From the NCBI GenBank assembly GCA_965370645.1, contig CBDUVK010000002.1:1-39564 (forward strand): a stretch of DNA of 39,564 nt. Direction: 5' to 3'. The DNA is from an uncultured bacterium. GTDB taxonomy: Bacteria > Calditrichota > Calditrichia > RBG-13-44-9. A program made the translations under genes and the position numbers. The notes beneath the pieces are model-generated. The model saw only the letters and a program-made list of their open reading frames with translations. It had not been told where the DNA came from and ran no database searches. Of the stretch, positions 37,031 through 39,564 are shown piece after piece (the stretch's first letter is position 1; every line of letters starts with the position of its first letter).

Positions 37031-39406
37031 ATGGTCAAGAGAATTGTAATTCTAACTTTTGCCGGAATTTTTATCCTCTTTTCAATACTCTTGGTATTTA
37101 TCTGTATACAATATCAGCAACTTAAGCCAGACTATTCCGAAAAAACTGAAATTGAGGGTATCAATAGCCAGGTGTCGATTGTCTGGGATAGCAGTGGTGT
37201 TGTTCATATATCAGGTCAACAGGAATTGGATGTCATTTTCGCATCGGGATACGTGTCGGCTCGTGAAAGATTATGGCAGATGGAGCTGATGAGGAGATTA
37301 GCAAAAGGACGTCTTTCTGAAATTTTTGGATCAGAAACTATTGCGATCGATAAATTATCTCTCATACTCGGTCTGGATTCACTCGCTCATAGCCATTATG
37401 AAGAATTATCAGAGCAATCCAAAAGGTGGCTGGAAAAATATGCACAGGGCATCAATGCATATCTGACTCAAATTGGAAATGATCTCCCGATGGAATTTAT
37501 TTTAATGGATTTTATACCGGAAACCTGGTCACCGCAAGATTGCATGTTACAGAATCGGCTCATGGGATGGTTTCTTAATTTTAATTGGAAGGCGGATGTT
37601 TTATATTGGGGGCTGGCATCAGCACTCCCGGAAGAGAAATTTCAGGAGATCTGGCCGGAATGGGCTGATTATCCTCATATAATTAATGGAACAGGGACAA
37701 AGAAATTTTTCGGTCAGCTTTCTCAAATTCAAGAAAAAATGGCAGAAATTCTGGGTGTTGGTCAGGTCTATGCAGGAAGTAATAGTTGGGTTGTCTCGCC
37801 TCAAATGTCCCGTAGCGGCTCTTCGATGCTCGCAAATGATCCCCACCTGCAGATTCAGTTTCCCTCTCTTTGGATGGAGATGCATTTCAGTGCCCCTGGA
37901 TTGAACGTTGCAGGATTTACACTTCCGGGTTCTCCGGGGGTAATTATCGGCAGAAATAATTTTTATGCCTGGGGATTAACGAATGGTATGATTGACGATT
38001 GTGATTATTTCATAGAGAATATCGATTCTGTTAGAGGTATTTACTGGAGAAATGAGCAAGAATATCCTCTAAAAGTTCGCAATGCAGTAATCAAGATAAA
38101 GGATAGACCGGATCAACTATTTAAAGTTTATGGTACGTCTCATGGCCCTTTAATAAATAGTGCCTTTTCTGATATCCGGAATCTTCTTCCACTCTCAATA
38201 AAGTGGGTGGGTTGGGAAAAATCCGATGAACTTTTCACATTTATTCAGTTGGCAAAAGGACAAAACTGGGAAGATTTTAGGTCAGCACTAAGTCACTATG
38301 TAGTTCCGGTTCAAAATTTTGTCTATGCGGATGTCTCTGGTAATATCGGATATCAGCTGGCCGGACGGGTTCCTGTGAGAAGTTATCAAACCGGCCTCGT
38401 TCCACAGCAGGCCAATGATTCAGGGCAACGCTGGTCTAATTGGATACCTTTTGAAAGAATGCCTGCGCAATTGAATCCGGAGAAGGGATATATAGTTACT
38501 GCAAATAATCGAATTCTGGGTCATTCTTCGTATTACTTTTCAGAACTTTGGGAACCTCCTTATCGTGCGATGCGAATTGAGGAATTGATTCAAAGTAAAT
38601 CGATATTAACATTCGATGATATGAAGATGATTCAATTCGATCAGGTCAATATTCTTGCACGGGAGATGGTTCCGCTTCTGTTGAGAAATTTATCAGATTC
38701 TATTTCAACTGATGGGTATGCAGAAAAAATTAAAATTCTATTGAATACCTGGGATTTTATGATGGAAACTGAAAGCATTTCTGCTGCTTTTTTTGAAGTT
38801 TGGATTTATCATTTAATCCGTGATATTTTTGAAGATGAGATGGGTTCAGAATATTTCCGAATATTTACCGATCTGCCAAATTTTTATATAAGAATCTTTG
38901 TTCAAGTATTTAATGATGAAAATTCAGCATGGTTTGATAATACCGGAACAGAAAAAGTGGAAGAGCGCTCAGATATGATAAATCAGAGTTTCAAAAAGGC
39001 GGTGGGATCTCTAAAATCTATGTGTGGAGATGCTTTGGAGGACTGGCGATGGGGAAAGATTCATCAGGTGAAGCTATCTCATGTATTAGGTCAACATTCA
39101 CTTACCGATATTATCTTTAACCGCGGACCATCTCCGGTACCTGGTAATTTAGTTACGGTAAATGTTGCAAGCTATAGTTATTCCCAGCCTTTTCATATGA
39201 CCGTCGGACCGTCGTTACGCTTTTTAGTAGACTGGTCAGAACCGGGACTTTACCAGAGTATTATTCCCGGGGGTAACAGTGGAAATTTTTTAAGCGACTA
39301 CTATGATAATCAAATTGAACTTTGGTTGAAGGGGGAGTATAAAAAAGTGATTTTAGAGGAACCGGTAAGTTCTGGTGAGGTTATTTTAGTTCCGGAAGAG
39401 AAATAA
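37031..39406 (+). CDS. Penicillin acylase family Ntn-hydrolase (penicillin amidase / acyl-homoserine-lactone acylase-like)
   Basis: N-terminal transmembrane or signal segment. Alpha-chain motif YVSARERLWQMELMRR. Predicted autoprocessing site G|SNSWVVS with nucleophile Ser at 37778-37780. LANDPHL motif. Confidence 0.85.
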   Translation: MVKRIVILTFAGIFILFSILLVFICIQYQQLKPDYSEKTEIEGINSQVSIVWDSSGVVHISGQQELDVIFASGYVSARERLWQMELMRRLAKGRLSEIFGSETIAIDKLSLILGLDSLAHSHYEELSEQSKRWLEKYAQGINAYLTQIGNDLPMEFILMDFIPETWSPQDCMLQNRLMGWFLNFNWKADVLYWGLASALPEEKFQEIWPEWADYPHIINGTGTKKFFGQLSQIQEKMAEILGVGQVYAGSNSWVVSPQMSRSGSSMLANDPHLQIQFPSLWMEMHFSAPGLNVAGFTLPGSPGVIIGRNNFYAWGLTNGMIDDCDYFIENIDSVRGIYWRNEQEYPLKVRNAVIKIKDRPDQLFKVYGTSHGPLINSAFSDIRNLLPLSIKWVGWEKSDELFTFIQLAKGQNWEDFRSALSHYVVPVQNFVYADVSGNIGYQLAGRVPVRSYQTGLVPQQANDSGQRWSNWIPFERMPAQLNPEKGYIVTANNRILGHSSYYFSELWEPPYRAMRIEELIQSKSILTFDDMKMIQFDQVNILAREMVPLLLRNLSDSISTDGYAEKIKILLNTWDFMMETESISAAFFEVWIYHLIRDIFEDEMGSEYFRIFTDLPNFYIRIFVQVFNDENSAWFDNTGTEKVEERSDMINQSFKKAVGSLKSMCGDALEDWRWGKIHQVKLSHVLGQHSLTDIIFNRGPSPVPGNLVTVNVASYSYSQPFHMTVGPSLRFLVDWSEPGLYQSIIPGGNSGNFLSDYYDNQIELWLKGEYKKVILEEPVSSGEVILVPEEK

Positions 39407-39493
39407 AAATTATTTAGCTTGTCTGGTTGTGAATAAGGGTATAAATTTTGCGCCGTTATTTTTATTATTTTCTTAAGAAAATTGATATGTTTA

Positions 39494-39522
39494 TTGACAA
39501 AAGTAACAATTTTCTTTAATTT
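39494..39522 (+). promoter_or_regulatory. Candidate sigma-70-like promoter for a gene beyond the right window edge
   Basis: TTGACA, 17 nt, TAATTT. The target gene is not visible. Confidence 0.3.
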
Positions 39523-39564
39523 TAATGACGCAGAAAATGGTCTAACACATAATAATCTTTTTAC

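Overview
This is a visibly AT-rich bacterial chromosomal window. It holds about 34 credible CDS, all but three on the + strand. Nearly all of it is housekeeping or cell-envelope content of a Gram-negative, probably anaerobic, rod-shaped bacterium. The gene content resembles an uncultured FCB-superphylum-like lineage, but that is inference only.

Gene order:
- A partial surface protein, a TonB-dependent receptor, a PorV/PorQ-like barrel and an NHL-repeat lipoprotein (1-6363).
- An APC amino-acid permease.
- A 670-bp noncoding gap with nested inverted repeats and a GC-rich island (7846-8516).
- A cold-shock protein and an aldehyde dehydrogenase, both on the - strand.
- Pyruvate:ferredoxin oxidoreductase followed by a dihydroorotate-dehydrogenase-like paralog.
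- An MFS transporter, a membrane-anchored HExxH peptidase, a pyruvoyl arginine decarboxylase and an S41 C-terminal protease.
- exbB-exbD-exbD-tonB, then a second TonB-like gene.
- A GlmU-like hexapeptide protein, a ROK kinase and an LD-carboxypeptidase.
- purN-purH, mreBCD-mrdA-rodA, lgt and a YbgF/CpoB-like TPR protein.
- A small secreted hypothetical protein on the - strand, then a penicillin-acylase-family Ntn hydrolase.

I recognised no rRNA, tRNA, CRISPR array, transposase, integrase, phage gene or known defence gene, and I cannot point to a clear novel multi-gene system. The least explained parts are the structured noncoding element at about 7906-8391 and the conserved-looking outer-membrane locus at 1-6363. 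A secondary point is the PFOR-linked DHOD-like paralog, which lacks the catalytic motif. All calls come from reading the ORF translations and the sequence by eye. No database search was run.
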